From Balanoglossus misakiensis (Eukaryota; Animalia; Hemichordata): a stretch of 64,000 nucleotides of DNA. Positions within the stretch are counted from its first letter, which is position 1. Each line of letters begins with the position of its first letter. The stretch is from positions 5,266,879 through 5,330,878 of the forward strand of contig CM082579.2 in NCBI GenBank assembly GCA_040954595.2, given 5' to 3'. Under the pieces are notes generated by a model. The model was not told the origin of the DNA. It saw nothing but the letters and a program-made list of their open reading frames with translations, and searched no databases. Position numbers and translations under genes: made by a program. Of this stretch, positions 12,901-27,400 are shown piece by piece.

Positions 12901-15900
12901 TCAGGTAAAACGAGTGGGTGTTTGGTAGCGTTTAAAGACGTCCTCCACTAAAATATTGACAACCATAAGGTACATATACAATGAATTATATGCATTTCAT
13001 AACATTGCATTGCACACTGATAAAGACCTCATACTGACACGATTTCCGCATCCTGATTACCGTTGACAAAACATTATAAGTAACCTGTCAGGTAGCAGCT
13101 AGCCACCGATACATCTCTCCGTTCCTCTAATCATGATCTGGTGAAGTTACCGACCCGTCTGTGTGCGCTCTTCATCACTTTTAAAAAACTATTTATGAGA
13201 AACACTCGAAGGCGGAAAAAAAACGAAGCGATGTCGTTCTCCGTTTGTTTGGCAAACCCATCGAACGTATATTTTTGTTTCTGCAAATCTATCAGTACAT
13301 ACGCAACTTTTTCAGCGATTTTAGGGGTGCTATTGCATCTATTCACTGTAATCTGTGTGAAGAGCTCAGTATGTGTCATTGATGAAAGATGAAACGCGGT
13401 AAAGAGTTTAAGCAATGTAATACAGATGAAAACATCTTTGTTTGGCAGCATCGCTCACTTGGAAAACACTACACAGTGCATCGACAATAAGATGGAATAC
13501 TACTTATTCCTAGAAATAAACAAAGGGGATTGCTTTGTGTGTGTGAATTCGCATAAATTAGTCGCAGTAATTTACGGTGCAATTTTCCTTTTATTTTCCT
13601 CATTATATGAATTTGCACGCATTTCTGTCTGCACGCCTGATTGTTGGATTCTTGCTTCGAATCCTTTCAAAAGATAATTCAACACGTTAAAGTTGTACGT
13701 GCCACGAAAATCAAATTCTTAAACCCTTTCTCACATTTTGCTCAAGGCAACTTCAGATAGATTGTTCTCTCTTGAAATTAAGAATAAAAATTGGGGTCCC
13801 CGTGCAAAATTTTGGATGAAACTTACAAAGAGACAATTATGCTGCAAAGTGTATATACCTGATGACTATATAATTACGCCCAAAGATTGTTTACTGAAGA
13901 CTCCCTTCATAACCTGATTTCTTAAGGTCACACGATGTCAAGTCCCTTGTGGTCATCTAGATGTACTCTACTTTACTTAACCTTACCACACCTAAGTAGA
14001 CAAACAGGCAGAGACAATCACAAGATCGTGAACTCTGACGTAAGCGTATCATTCACGCATCTCCTGTAATGATTGAACGCCGTCCCCAGGGTTAGTTTTC
14101 GTAAGTGCAAAGTTATTCCCTTATCAGACTTCTGTCAGAAAGGTCTCAATGTTAACAGTGATGGGACGACCCTGTCTTTTTAGACAAACATTCACGTAAG
14201 CCACTACTTTCTTCATCGTATATTCCGAGAAAGTTATGACTGAAAGCAAAGGATATCACTCATTCAGGCAATAGTCGATAACACTGATGGCTGTGTTTTA
14301 CTAACCTCTACATTACACACTTCGCGGAAGCTTGATTAATATACGTGTTTCATGCCGCATGGAACACCACACGACAGACCTCTGGCAAAGGATCATCAAT
14401 GGGCTATCAATCTACGCAGGGTTTTCAATCATTCTTGGGATTACTTATGGTAACGCGGTATAGGCGAATGAATCGGCTTTAGTGTAAGAATCGTGTAAGC
14501 ATTATCGTATGCAAGTACCGTACCAATTGAACATTCTCCCGTTGGGCAGTATACTCAGCACAAGGACTTGCCCATGGAAACAGTATAGCAAATGTGTATA
14601 AAGTACTATCATCTCAAATTTGTGGATAACGAACATTTGATATAGATAAGCAGCTTTCTTATATCACTTAAATAAACGACATTTACGATAAGTCTTTAAG
14701 TATGTCATTAGAACAATATTGGATATCAGCAGTACACCACCTGCAGTTGAAACGCTATATTTTTCTACCGCTCTAAGCACATATACGAACATTAACACGG
14801 AGAAAAAATCGTATGGGTCGTGCGTTTGGCTCTGAAGGCAATAATTCATGCAGTATTTCACATTGGTGTGGTGTTAACGTATTGGCAATTTGTAATTTTA
14901 AATCATGTCAGGCGAAAGAATAGGAAAATTGATGTGTTAGAGGTTACGGCAGTTAAACGTCCCCAGCTGCCTTTTCGGTTATTTCTAGTAGCAGTGTCGC
15001 AGGTTAACGTTTAAGTATATTATTCACGACTTGTTTGCTAACATTTACGTTAATATTGTGCGCCAGGATACGGTGATGTATTGCTTGTATACACAGTATC
15101 ACAGAGACGGGAGTGGTGAACATTCTTTGGGTTCACACGGCAGTGTTTATCCGTTATATGAAACGCTGTACAGAAAGACAGTGTTATATCTCGCAGTTAG
15201 GCCTAAATAAGACCCCCCAAAAATAACTTTCGCAACATAAATTGCAAATAACAGCGAGAAAACATTAATGACACCAAGTTCAACTCCACGAAAGACTGTA
15301 AACCTTTTGCCACCTTCAACTCGAAAAAACGCCGTCATCATCTCACCGCTTTAAATGATAGGTCGGACAAAGACACCGAAGAGCATAAACTTTATCGGCG
15401 GATATACGCGGTTTCTTCAAACCCCTAGACGGTTTAAATTCTCTCAAGAAACCGAAGACCCATAAAAAGGATATCCATCAACGGGCCCAATTACCCTGGG
15501 TGTGTATACAGTTAGAAATCATTGTTATTGTACGGCGAGTACGAGATGGATGTATTCAGGTGTGTGTTTCCCCCGCGGCATCATTACGCACACCCAATGT
15601 AAACGAAGAGATAAATCAAAGAGACCTTGGGGGACAGAGAGACGACCGAGATGAGAAAGAATGGACGTCTCTGAAAAGAAGTGGCGTCAGATCACTTGCC
15701 CAGGTCAAGTGCTTTTCTATGGTTGTGCTTACTACTGTGTAACTATTGGGTTGTCGTTTTATCAAATTTTCTGTTGGTGATTGTGGCAGTGTTTACTCTA
15801 TGGCTACGGTACTCGTGCTAACTAAGAACCCTCTTACAGCGATGTCAGGTTAACCTATTTATTTCCCAGAATCACTCGTTTCAAGTATCTGATTGTCACT

Positions 15901-16493
15901 AAACCATCGATGACAATCTAGCAGATCCAACGTGTTAACTTTAAGTTCAACTTGGGATTTCAATACGAAGCTTGGTGTACACAGTTTTATCACTCCACTC
16001 AAAACTGTCCGCCGAATGGATTGGCAGAACTACCCAGATGGCTTTGATGACGCAGCGTAGAAGGAAATTTGCTGAATGTTTTTATCGTTTAAACAGCTCC
16101 TGTTTATTTCCCTCATAAGTACACGAGATTTTAAAATTATAATGATCCGGACACGAACTTCAACGCACGTGGGCGTATTTATGGTTGAAATCTGTACGTA
16201 CCTAAGTGAAGGAACAAACAAACACAGATAGTCGTTCTCGGATACATAACATTTTATGGCCAACGACGATGTGAGGCAATGTGACGATCGTTACTTGTCA
16301 GGCAGAGCGTGTTCATGAAACTACCAAACAGATTTTTCCCTTCTGAAGAATGGTATCTGAAGCAATTTTAAGTTACAAGCAATGTGCTCCGAGTTTTCCT
16401 CTGACGTGGAAAGGCGAATGTAGATAGTATTCCCGTGACACGTAGGAATTGAAAGTTGATTAACACAACATTATGATACAAATACGTGTAAAC

Positions 16494-16499
16494 TTTATT
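16494..16499 (-). promoter_or_regulatory. Probable polyadenylation signal (AATAAA) of the WAP/FZ/mucin gene, implying a ~1.95 kb 3' UTR
   Basis: TTTATT on the plus strand at the end of an AT-rich, CpG-poor stretch that follows the stop codon at 18434. Confidence 0.5.
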
Positions 16500-18433
16500 T
16501 CATCATCACAGTGGAAACACATGCCAAATATTAGAAAACATAATCATATCTGTAAAAGTACAGATGAAAACTCTGGAATGGAAACATCACTCCACAAAAA
16601 TAAGTATTCTTATAAATATTTCTTATTTTTGCTATTAATGTGATATATACTGGAATATATAAATCTCTTGTAAGAATAAAGTATAAAATGCTTTCTCACA
16701 AAAGTAACGATTTTCTCGTTCTCTTAGAACAATATCTTTTAAACTAAGGGTTAAAGGCCCACTATTCCACCTAATAAGAGACTGAAATAGTGACTTTATA
16801 TATTAATATCTATGCAGTTTGCATGTAACTTTGTCAGTTTCTTTCTTTGTATAGTACTAACATTTCAATATAATACTATAAATCTGTCATTTTGAAACAA
16901 GTCGACCCCTTTAATTAGCTAGTCATCACTCAACTGGGTAGAAAAATCTCTTTATGGTAGCGAGAATTATTTTTTCTGCGCACCTAATAACAGTCACATG
17001 CCCCCTTAAACAATGCTACCCAGGCCACTTGTAAACTTTACTTTGCATAATTCAAAATACGTGTATTACACAACTGCTGCAGAGAAGGCACTATTTCCAT
17101 CAGAGACTGATAATATGCAATCACATGGCACTCGCTAAATTGCAATCTTACAACCTTTAAACAGAATAGCTTAGCTCTTTCAGTTTCTGATGTGTGCAGG
17201 ACCAGAGAGCCATGGAACAGATCCATTGCCAGGTTAACATGTTTCCAGTGTCTTCCATACGTCTTTTCCTGATATGGCCGTGGCATAAACATGTTTAGAG
17301 CAAAAAGTGCCCAACCCATGCATGTCATATAAATGAGAGAATGACAGTCTGGGATGGAAATGGAACACAGCCACTCCATTAGGTTATAGACACTTAAAAA
17401 TGACAGTAATTAAGTGGAAACAATGATGTACGGGAGTGACGCACAGCAAAGCACAGTAAGATACCTGTTGCCAGTTGTGCATAATGACTTCTGTAATTTG
17501 CAGCATTTAGGCCAAATAGATAGTGCACTTCCTCGGATAGAACACGACTATTAAAAAAAACTGTTGTAAAAAAGGTACACGCAGTAAATAGTTATTCTTT
17601 TCCAAAAAGAAATCTGTTTGGACTTAAGTGCTCGCTCAAGACATCTGCTTGGGTAAATTTTCAATTTCGCCAGACTTTTGGAAAAGTTATATTGCTAATA
17701 TTAACATTAACACCACAAAGCTGTCACTTGCCCAGAGTCTGTGCTATCGCTATGGCAACGTGTAAAAGCAACAGCCAAAAATGTATCTCAATTTATCAAA
17801 TGATACCTATTCCGATCGCAATGAATGACTGAGGAATCAAATAGGAATTACAGAAAGGGCACTGTGGCAAATAGATAAATCACAAAAAATATACGCTTGC
17901 CTTTAATCGTCGCACCACATGCACCTGATCGCAATATAATACAGAGAGCTGGGTAACCATAGAAACCAGAATCAGTCGCGAGTGTGTGCATCACTGGTGA
18001 TTCAGAAATAACCAATCTGTGTTTTGTCTCTGTAGTGAAATCAGGCGTACATGGCAGATAATATGCCGAATAAAACCAAACTATGGCTTGCAAAACATTG
18101 CAGATTGAAACTGACATTGATGAAGTCAAAGAGATTATTAACCAAGCACGAAAAGATTTCGAGTGATGATATCAATCACATCTCAGTTGTGAGCTGTCAG
18201 GGTGATTAGCCTTAGTGACACTTGTCATCTTAGAATATGAAAAACTGTTAGAATCAATACCTTGAGTACTTAGTGTCTGGAATTCAAAGAAATATAATTG
18301 ATATGGTGATTGTCGTTTAAATTTCCATTTGTGTATGGAAGAAAAAAATAGAAAAAGAAAACAAAAGTAAAGAAAACTCCCCAACATTTTGTTAGGTAGA
18401 GTAAAAAAATGAATAATTAAGTCACTGGGTCAT

Positions 18434-21400
18434 TTACATCTTTGGCACATAGCTGACGTCTGGGATCAGGGCGGGATTATCAACTCCCGCAGAACTCGGG
18501 GATCCATCCCTGGACTGCAGCAGGTGTCTGGTGTCTGTGACGGTGGACGCGTCAGACGTCTCAGAAAACGTGTCGCTGTTGCGCACGGAACCGGCAGTGT
18601 GACCGGGCTTGCTGCTGGTTGGGGGATCCATGAAAGCCGGGGGAGGTGGCGGTGGTGGTGGAGGGGGAACGGGCGGGGGGATGGACGGTGGATGCGAGGG
18701 TGTTGACGAGGTAGTAACTGGCTCTCTGAATGTATCGCTAGACGGCCTGTTCAACCTCTTCAGCTGCTCTGTATCGTCACCCTGCCTGACAACACCTGAA
18801 GCATTCAAGAAAGAAAAAAAAAAACACACATCAACTTTTTGAAGTATCTGTGAGGTTAATTTACACATTCACTACACTCGTCAATGCTGATTTGTTAATC
18901 TGCGGTACATTTCACCCACCAGTAGACACTCGATGCAATTTCCTCACACAGTGCCCGCTTTAAAGAATTAAATAGGACAGCCACGATGCGCGCTGACACT
19001 CGCGAGATTTCACACCTTCCTGTACTAAAACACAACACTACCAATCCCATAGTAACACACAACAACATCAATCACTAAAATTTATGGTTTCTGTAAAGTT
19101 GCCAATAAAACAACCTCCACGCGATACATCAGAGAAAATTGGGTGGAATGATATGTCATTACAGAGCAGCAAGATTTATTTTTCATTATCTGCGTACCCA
19201 GTCGCGTGTGAAATTGGTATGAAAAGAAAACATACACCCGGGTAAATGATTTGCACTGTCTATAATAATGTTTGTCTCATTAATACCAATATGCTCATAA
19301 AAAGTGTGTTTATATTACAGTGTACAAACAAAATAGAATGAATTAAAACAAAACTTAACTAAAAGTTCAGATACACTAGCTGATCCTTACAACAAGTCAA
19401 ACATCTTACCTTCAAGTTTTGGAAGATTCCAGGCAGGAACACTGCTCTTCGCAAATTCTTGACTAGCCCTGGTGTCAGGCGACAGCTGTCCTGATCCACT
19501 TACTTGAGGAGTCTTAACGGCCTCTTGCGATCCCTCCGTTTGAGTAAAAACCGAACAAGACTGTCCATCTTCAACACTATTGGCATCCCCAGCAGCGTCC
19601 GTCTGGGTTTCCTCTTCGTTGGTGTACGGCTTGAATTTGCCGTTGGAGTCCAGATTCTGTTCGTAGATACTCTTAGGCCGCGGGATGGTCGTGTGCGCCA
19701 TGTTGAAATCGGAGAGTTTGACGAACTGCTCCTCGGAGGCCAGCTGGAAAGTCCTCTTCCGCGTACGACAGCACTGTCGACTGTACTTCTGGATGCAGAA
19801 GGCGATGGCAATGATGATGCCGATGCCACAGGCAGTGGCCAGCAGCACGTAAATGATAAACTGCTGCTGGTCGTAACTCAGGCCCTTGGTTGATTTGGCT
19901 TTGGGAGTTGTCGGGGCCGCCTCGGTTGCAGTCCGTTCGGGGCTTGCAGGCACGATCACCAAATCCACCATGGTGAAGTTTTGGCCGCTGTAGAAAAACA
20001 CAAAACTTCCGTCGTTCACCATGCCTTGAAGCTCAGCTGACATGTTGGGACTGGCGGATGTGTCCGCAGTGAATTCCACGACAGTGGAACCACACGACAC
20101 TTTCTCAACTTCAAATTTGTCTTCGCCTGCTTTTAGAGTCTTGGCAATCTGTTTCACAAACTGCACACTAAAGTTCTGTTGGCTTTCCATTGCTTTTGCG
20201 CAGTCCCCTTCTAATATCATTTTGTATTTTTGTTTCACAGGCGCCGCCTCTGTAGGCGGCACAGTGTCAGTGTGATTTGCCATTGTAACAGGAATTTCAG
20301 TTGTATTTACTAAATGTGACGGTGGTGATGATGATGATAAGTAAGGAAGGGGTGATGATGATGATGAAGGTGGCGTTGACATGACAACTGATGATCCCGC
20401 ATCATACGAAATTGATGAAGTCTGTGGCAATGGAGGAAGTTGTGGTGTCTGGGTGAAAGGAGGAGAAATCTGGCTGGTAGATGTTGTTTCCATAACAACT
20501 GATGATAATGATGATGGCGATGATGATGATGATGATGATGATGGTGGTGGTGGAGGTGGAGGTGGTGGTGGTGGTGGTGATGATGATAATGGTGGTGTTG
20601 GTGATTTTGTTTGTAATGATGATGATGATGATGACGGTGATGATGATGGTGATGGGTGTGATGTTGATGCATATTGAGATGTATATTGCGATGATAGGAT
20701 GGTTTGGTGGTTTTCTGAAATCTGCGGAGTTGGAGTGACATGCTGTGGAACAGCTGTGCTCTCGGATGGCATTACAGACGTAACACCACCTGAGGATGCT
20801 GAACCAAGAGAAGGTAGACCAGACTGGGGGAGTTTGGAAACATGTGGTTCTAAGGAGAACTGAGGGGAAGCCATGGTCTCAGATGGAGTAACTAAGGCAA
20901 CAGATGAGGATGCATCATGATGAGATGCCAGAGAAGTCTGAAGAATTTCAGAAGGCTGTGGTGTTGCAGTGAGATGTAGGGATACCATGCTTTCGGATGA
21001 GAATGTGGTAAACAGGTCTTTATCGGTGGAAGAGGCACTGGCTGACATGCTGGAGGTACTGGATGGTGTGGGCTGAATAGTTTGGGATTCGGTGCCTTGG
21101 GATTGGACTTCCGACGAAGCATGCACGGATGCTGGTGTCGATGGAGATGGCGAGATGCGTGATGCTGGAGAGGAGGAGGGTAGCCTCAATGTGAAGGGTG
21201 GGATGGGAGGTGGAGGGGGCGGAAAGTTAATGGACACACTGGTTGTTGGTGATGAAGCACTGGTTGGCAGGACCTCCGGTGAGGATGACTGCATCGGATT
21301 GACTGATGCCGTTCTTGCACTGGCGGGCCGTTCAACGGATGCAGATCTGAGAATGGCCAAAGTTGGAGACGGCGTGACTTCTCCCGGTTTCAGAGACAGG

Positions 21401-24400
21401 GACGGGGAAATAACATCAGCGGCAGTGCTAGAAGACTTCCAAGCTGACGGAGAAGGCACTGGGGCAGAGCTGCCGGCTAGAGGATGCAGTTCAAGCAAAG
21501 AAGATGCTTCGGCAGAGACAAACGACGACAGCTGGTGTCGAGAGGGCGGCGGAGCAGCGCTTGGACTCGGGAAGAGAGACTGGGTGTCAGCTGCAAAGGC
21601 CGTGAATTCACTGTCGCTTCTCAAAGTTTGAGGAATGTTCCTCGGCGACGGCGACACGGACAGCAGTGTGCCGATCTCACTACTTGCGGCCGCGACACCT
21701 GCAGAGCTTGCAGGCACGGCAGCTGTTGGGCTCGCTCCTGGGATATCTTGCATACGGTCAGTGGCTGTGCTCACCACGGAGCTTGCTGTCATACTAAGCG
21801 TTGGGTTTACTGTGATAAAGTCTGTTTCAGAGGAAGAAAGCATGGTATCTTGAAGTGAGAGCAGTGCTGTTGAAGGTGCTGGTGCTACAGGGGACTCAGA
21901 AGAAGAAAGCAAGATGACAGAACTTGAAGATTCTGCATAGAATAAATGAAAAATAACGAAAATATTACAACTATAAAATAAAAATAAAATAAAGTCATCT
22001 TCTCTTTATATTATTTTTGCTAATTTGAATTTTGCATTCATACATCTACCTGGCAAATGAATGATGTCATGGGCCATGGGGGGAGGGTGTCATAAAACTG
22101 CTGAAAGTTCTCAACTCGCGACCAGGATTATAGGCAACTTATCAGAAGAATGGTTTAAGCAGCTATAGAGGTCAGACTGATTTTTCTACATCTGTTTGGT
22201 ACAGTAAGCTATACTTTGGATGTACGCAAACCTGACTAAATAGTAAATATGTGTAAAAGGCGCAGTACAGAGTTTAAACTTAGATCCATCTGCATTTCTT
22301 CACATATGGATGTGCACATCATGGGAAGACGACAGGACTGCAGCGTCATTAAAAGGGGTTTTTAGACCGACAGAGAATTTGATTGATAGAGGAAGTGGAT
22401 CACGATCCACAATGATTACCCGGCTCCAGCTAATCTGTTCTTTCCATGTCCATTACACAGATTGCCAACGCACAAAGAACTGGTCAATTTAGAGATTACG
22501 AAAGGGTCCACACATTTGCATTATTTTCAATCACCCTGTAATACTTAGAGACTTAGTAGAAAATAAAAGTAATCTTGTCACTTTTCTTGTAATTTTCTCG
22601 TAGAGAGCTCCATACCTGGTCTGTGAGGATTAGATTTGTTTTCCGAACAAACTGGAAGAATATACGTCAGTGGAAATAATGAATCAGAAAGCTGTGGTAC
22701 TGCTCTCACCCCCACATTTCTGCACATGGATTCAACTGTACACTCAAAAACATTAGGAATGGATGTAGTGCAAGAGAGGTTTAGTAAAACTACAACTATA
22801 GAAAACTTGGGTGAACTAATGGTTTCAATAGACAGGAATGCCATTTTCACCTCCATCTCATCTCCCTGTCAATTAACAATTTCTGCACATGTACAGACAA
22901 ACTTGTGATTAGCACGACACTTTCAACTTGTTCGCAATTTCCATGATGATTGACAAGTCTGCGGCTATTGGGGTCAAGTTGATTAATATGTGCGCACGGT
23001 GACTTGGCAACGATGTAGCACAATTATTAATGGGCCGGCAGTTACTGGTACATGTGCCCAAGCATTAAGGTGCCAAGTTGTGATCAATTGCTCTCAGATC
23101 TTCCAAAAGTCCCTCTGACGTTGATTTTAATATTATGACAGTAGTTTTCACACTTGTCGTAACTGCAGGTAACAAGTCATTATTTTGTTCAGTTCATTGT
23201 TCGCTCATTAAAGGAAGATTGCATTCCCAACTTTGCTTTGAGTTCGAGTTCATGCACTTGAAATCGAGGCTCTATACGAACAATGAATCATCTTGGACTC
23301 AGACTTTGATCAAAACTCATACCGGAAAACCATTTCTATCGCTACGCTTTTCAACCACAGTCATAAATGGTTCAACGGGGAAATCATTATATGAATGAAG
23401 GGACTCAAAACTCTCCAGAGGAATTTAATAACCACGCATTCCAACAGACAACGGCGTAACAGTTTACCGCGATGGGGGTGTTTCAAATTCGCTGTGTTTA
23501 ACCCAACTCGACACACACTACATTAACTCAATTTGATATCAGCATGTCCCTGAATAAACACAGCGAGAGAGCGTATTGCTCCAGTGAAGCATTCAGACTC
23601 GACTCAAAGCATATGTCCAACTCATTTAGCATTAAGCTATGCCGATCATCACTCTGCATTCAGACGTACTATGGCTCCATAGAGATGGCCGCATCAATTC
23701 CAGCCCTTTGACAATCCCAACTGCAGGATTTAATGCACCGACACGCAATAAAACAGGCTTTTAACTGATTTCAGATATTACTTGTTGACTGATTTATCGC
23801 CGATTTTTTTCGGTGACAATTCCAACAAACTTCAAATTCCATTTGCAGATATTATCGGGTGATTATGTTACAATGAGTGATTTCAATGCAATGTCCTACA
23901 CCATTTGAAAACATCGATTTGCGCACAGAAATAAGAATTATGATTCAATCGATCATAATACGGGCAGCCCCTAGCAGTCACGTCGTGTCATATTTCCACG
24001 CCTTTACAAATACATTCAGGAGGCTTTTTCTTTGATATCAACATGAATTTATGTTTTGAATTTTAGTTTCCTTTGATGATTTGCACGTAGGTTTAATTAC
24101 GGCATGCATGCATTCTGCTCTGTGAGTCACACTGCTATTTATACAAATAGTTCTTGGCCTTGCAGAACAAATTTCTTTACCTCCAGTCCCCTCAGAATCT
24201 TCTCCTATACAAATACAACTATTTTTCCCTTTGTTATATTGACGGCACGAAGTGGATAAAGAGACACATATCAGGTACTCGTTCTACGCAGTTCTAACAA
24301 CAAAAAACACACTACCGAGGCCACATAGACAATCCGTCTTTTCAATTCCTTGTGTTTCACAATTGTAAAGTGTGAATCTCTCGAGAACGACATGCTGATA

Positions 24401-27400
24401 CTTGACTTTCGTTTCACACTGCAACATAGGTTGAAGTCAAGTATCATTTTTCAAACTCGTGTTAATTATAAATCACTGTTTGAAATTACGTGCTGCCTGT
24501 ACGCCTGAGGCAGGAAACTTAATCTTGACTTTGGTTAGAAAAATGCTAAGAGTGGCAGCTATAGTTTTCTATGGACCTGTAGTCATGTACCACCACACTG
24601 TGGAACAAAGAGATTTTCTTGTCAAAGGTAATTTTCAGCTATATGACCGTTTTGACAATTTGTTTTCTGTAACAACAACCCAACAGCAGCAATGACAGTT
24701 CAAATTGACCCAGTCTAGGATATTCATTTTAGCAAACAAAATTGTTTTGATGAGCATGCTCTTTTTTTGGGGGGGGGGGGGAGTTTATACATCTCAGCAC
24801 GGAAAGAACACTAAAGATAAACCACGTCAAGAGAAGCAATTACCTGCTAGTGTTCATGACACATGACCATCACGTCAATCAGTAACATTCTCACGAAATA
24901 CTGCTGAGTGCAATCACTGTCAATGTCAACTAGTGCCGCAATTAAATGTCTATTTACTCCAACACTCCCACATAAGGCTACTCAAGATGGACCCTGATAA
25001 TTCCATCTGGACCTCTTCATAAGTCTCACGACACATTACGGCTAATTACTGTACTGCTCACGACTGGGGAGATTAAAGTCACTTAAAGTTTCAGGACTTC
25101 TCAAAACTTCTTAAAAGGTAATGTGTTGTTCCGCCTGTGGCTGAGGGTAAGGGACTCATATGAAACAGATGCTGGCAAGATAAAGTTGGCACTAAGTGTA
25201 ACTGCTATTATGTCCATGATTGCAAACAATACAGTTGTTACTTTGCATTACACTAAATAAGTTCTGAACCTATTCTGGGATATAGCTATCATCAGCGTAA
25301 ATTTGTTATCAAAGATTCAAGTTACGGTCTGAATTAATTCCCCCTGCTACAATCCAGTACAATATATTGGGACAACGCCCCCATACAGTGCAATAGAAAG
25401 CACTTCGGGCAACACTCTCTAGAGGGCGAGCTAACCATGCACGTTCATCTATTTCTCTCTTATAGACATCATTGAGGTCCAACTTTACCATAGAAAACAA
25501 TAGGTTTGCCCAAACTATGGCGGTGAAAGTGATGATTAAAACTCCAAAAAAGAATAAAGAGTTTGATACAAGCATGATATTGTCTTACCGCTCCCTGTAG
25601 TTTGAGTAGGCTGGCTGAAGCTTTCGCAGAGATTATTGTGTTCAGATGTTGGTATATTCGGCATAGTTTCACACCCGACGCCGTTGGTCAAGCTCGACAC
25701 AAAGGCAGTCTCCTTGCAGGTGTTCTTCAGTCTCAGACACAACGACCGGCACGGCAGGGTGATCGGATCGGAGAGAGCTGACGGACACATCGGCAGATGC
25801 CAGGCGCAGGCAGCAAAGATGACGTCGTGAGAGCAGGATTGGTTGGAACTGAGAATGTTCAGAAGTCGGTCTCTCACCACCGCCTGGTCTTGCAGGTTTC
25901 TCGTTGTGTTGTAAGGCAGTACATTAAGACACTCGGGAATGGTGATATCGGCGCAGGACAGTTCGGAGGAATCTGTAAAAATAGGGACATCTACATGACA
26001 AAAAAGATAACACGGAAAAAATCTTTATCAGAATTCTTGATATCAAGTAGCTCTGATGGTCACACACCCTGATACAATCTTATATCCAGCTTAACCTGAA
26101 GGTGCTCCTTAAAAATTTGTTTGGAATATATACCCACACTGACATTTCTATCATCAGATCAGGACAAACACCTAAAAGTATGTATGTACATATATAGTAG
26201 AGTGTGCAAGGGAACTAAGGCTGTTTTGACATAGGCGATGTACCGGTACATGTAAATGATATGATATGATTTGATATGATATGAAACACATGAGATATTA
26301 GGAAATTTCCCCACATGGAAACGGAGTCCAGTAAAGTTGATTATCAATACAAATAAACTCACAGATGTTATTATTCTCTAAAATTAAATTTCCAGTTGGA
26401 ATGTTCAACTTCCTAAACAGTTTGCAACCAAGCAGAGGAGTGCCTTACACTTAGTTTAACTTTAAAAAGTCTACAAACATGTCTTTGATATCAAACTTCT
26501 TATAGGAATTTTAAACTTCCTGAATATATGGCAACCAAATATGTAAAGTATTTAATGTTTTGTGTTAGATAATTAATTCAGACAATGTTAAAAGAAATAG
26601 TTTATGGGTGGATGTGTCGGGTTTTGCTTGTTGTTACAAACATTTAGGGGAAATGTTGTAGTATTAATTGGTTGACACAAACGATTGAAACTTTGTTAGT
26701 TTTGAAGTTGAATACCTCGCAGCTTACCCGGCTGAGGGTGAGGTTCTCTGCAAGTATTTCCACAGCTGTACGGGCAACATTTTTGTCTGCCCGAACAGTC
26801 AGAGTCACTGAGGCATGGTTCCTCGCACACTGGGACAAACCCTTCACCGTCAGTGGAGACGTCTGGACAAATGCCTGTTTTGGTGTCTGAAAATTAGGGG
26901 CATATATATTGACCATATGTGTTTACATGGAGATGTGACTGTTATTTTGTGGCGTTTTAACTCTTCTGGTTAGTACCGTCTGTTTTCATTGTTGAATACA
27001 GTATTTTTTTTCCTGTTTCAAACTTACACAGCCAAAGAACAGGATGGAATGAATGGTAAGATGGATGAATGTAAAAATGCTAAACTGCTTAATGAGTAAA
27101 TGAAGATGGATAAAATGAATAAAGCAATGAACAAGTGTGCAAAAGTATCATGAAAAATGAGTGCATGACTATTGTATATCCCAGCAATTATAAGCTCTAC
27201 CTCAGATTCATTTTTAAACATAAATGCATCCTTGGGGGTAAACTGCAGTCCAATTCATTTGTGTAAGGATCGGTCAGAACCGACTGTCAAGTATCTTCCA
27301 CTCCAATTGCAAGAACTGAACAGATAAACTGATGATAGTAGCCATTTAGGTTGCACACTACAAATTAGAACACTGTGAACACTCGAGAGATTTAACGCAT

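Noticed and set aside
12696-13862. Possible TTAA-type DNA transposon (ttaaaggtatacag... and ...gtatatacctga)
   Set aside because: The putative TIR match is short and imperfect and there is no matching right TTAA, so boundaries cannot be supported without a repeat library.
19500-21858. Overlapping alternative-frame and antisense ORFs (poly-His, poly-Asp/Gly, poly-Met)
   Set aside because: Shadows of the low-complexity TCA/CCA-rich mucin exon.
22578-22865. 92-aa ORF as a full exon of the mucin gene
   Set aside because: The available upstream acceptor gives phase 0, incompatible with the phase-1 FZ exon. Only the 36-nt 22616-22651 portion has a compatible acceptor.
24181-24293. Candidate extra exon of the mucin gene
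   Set aside because: The phase-1 reading has a stop codon, and the open reading needs a phase-0 acceptor.
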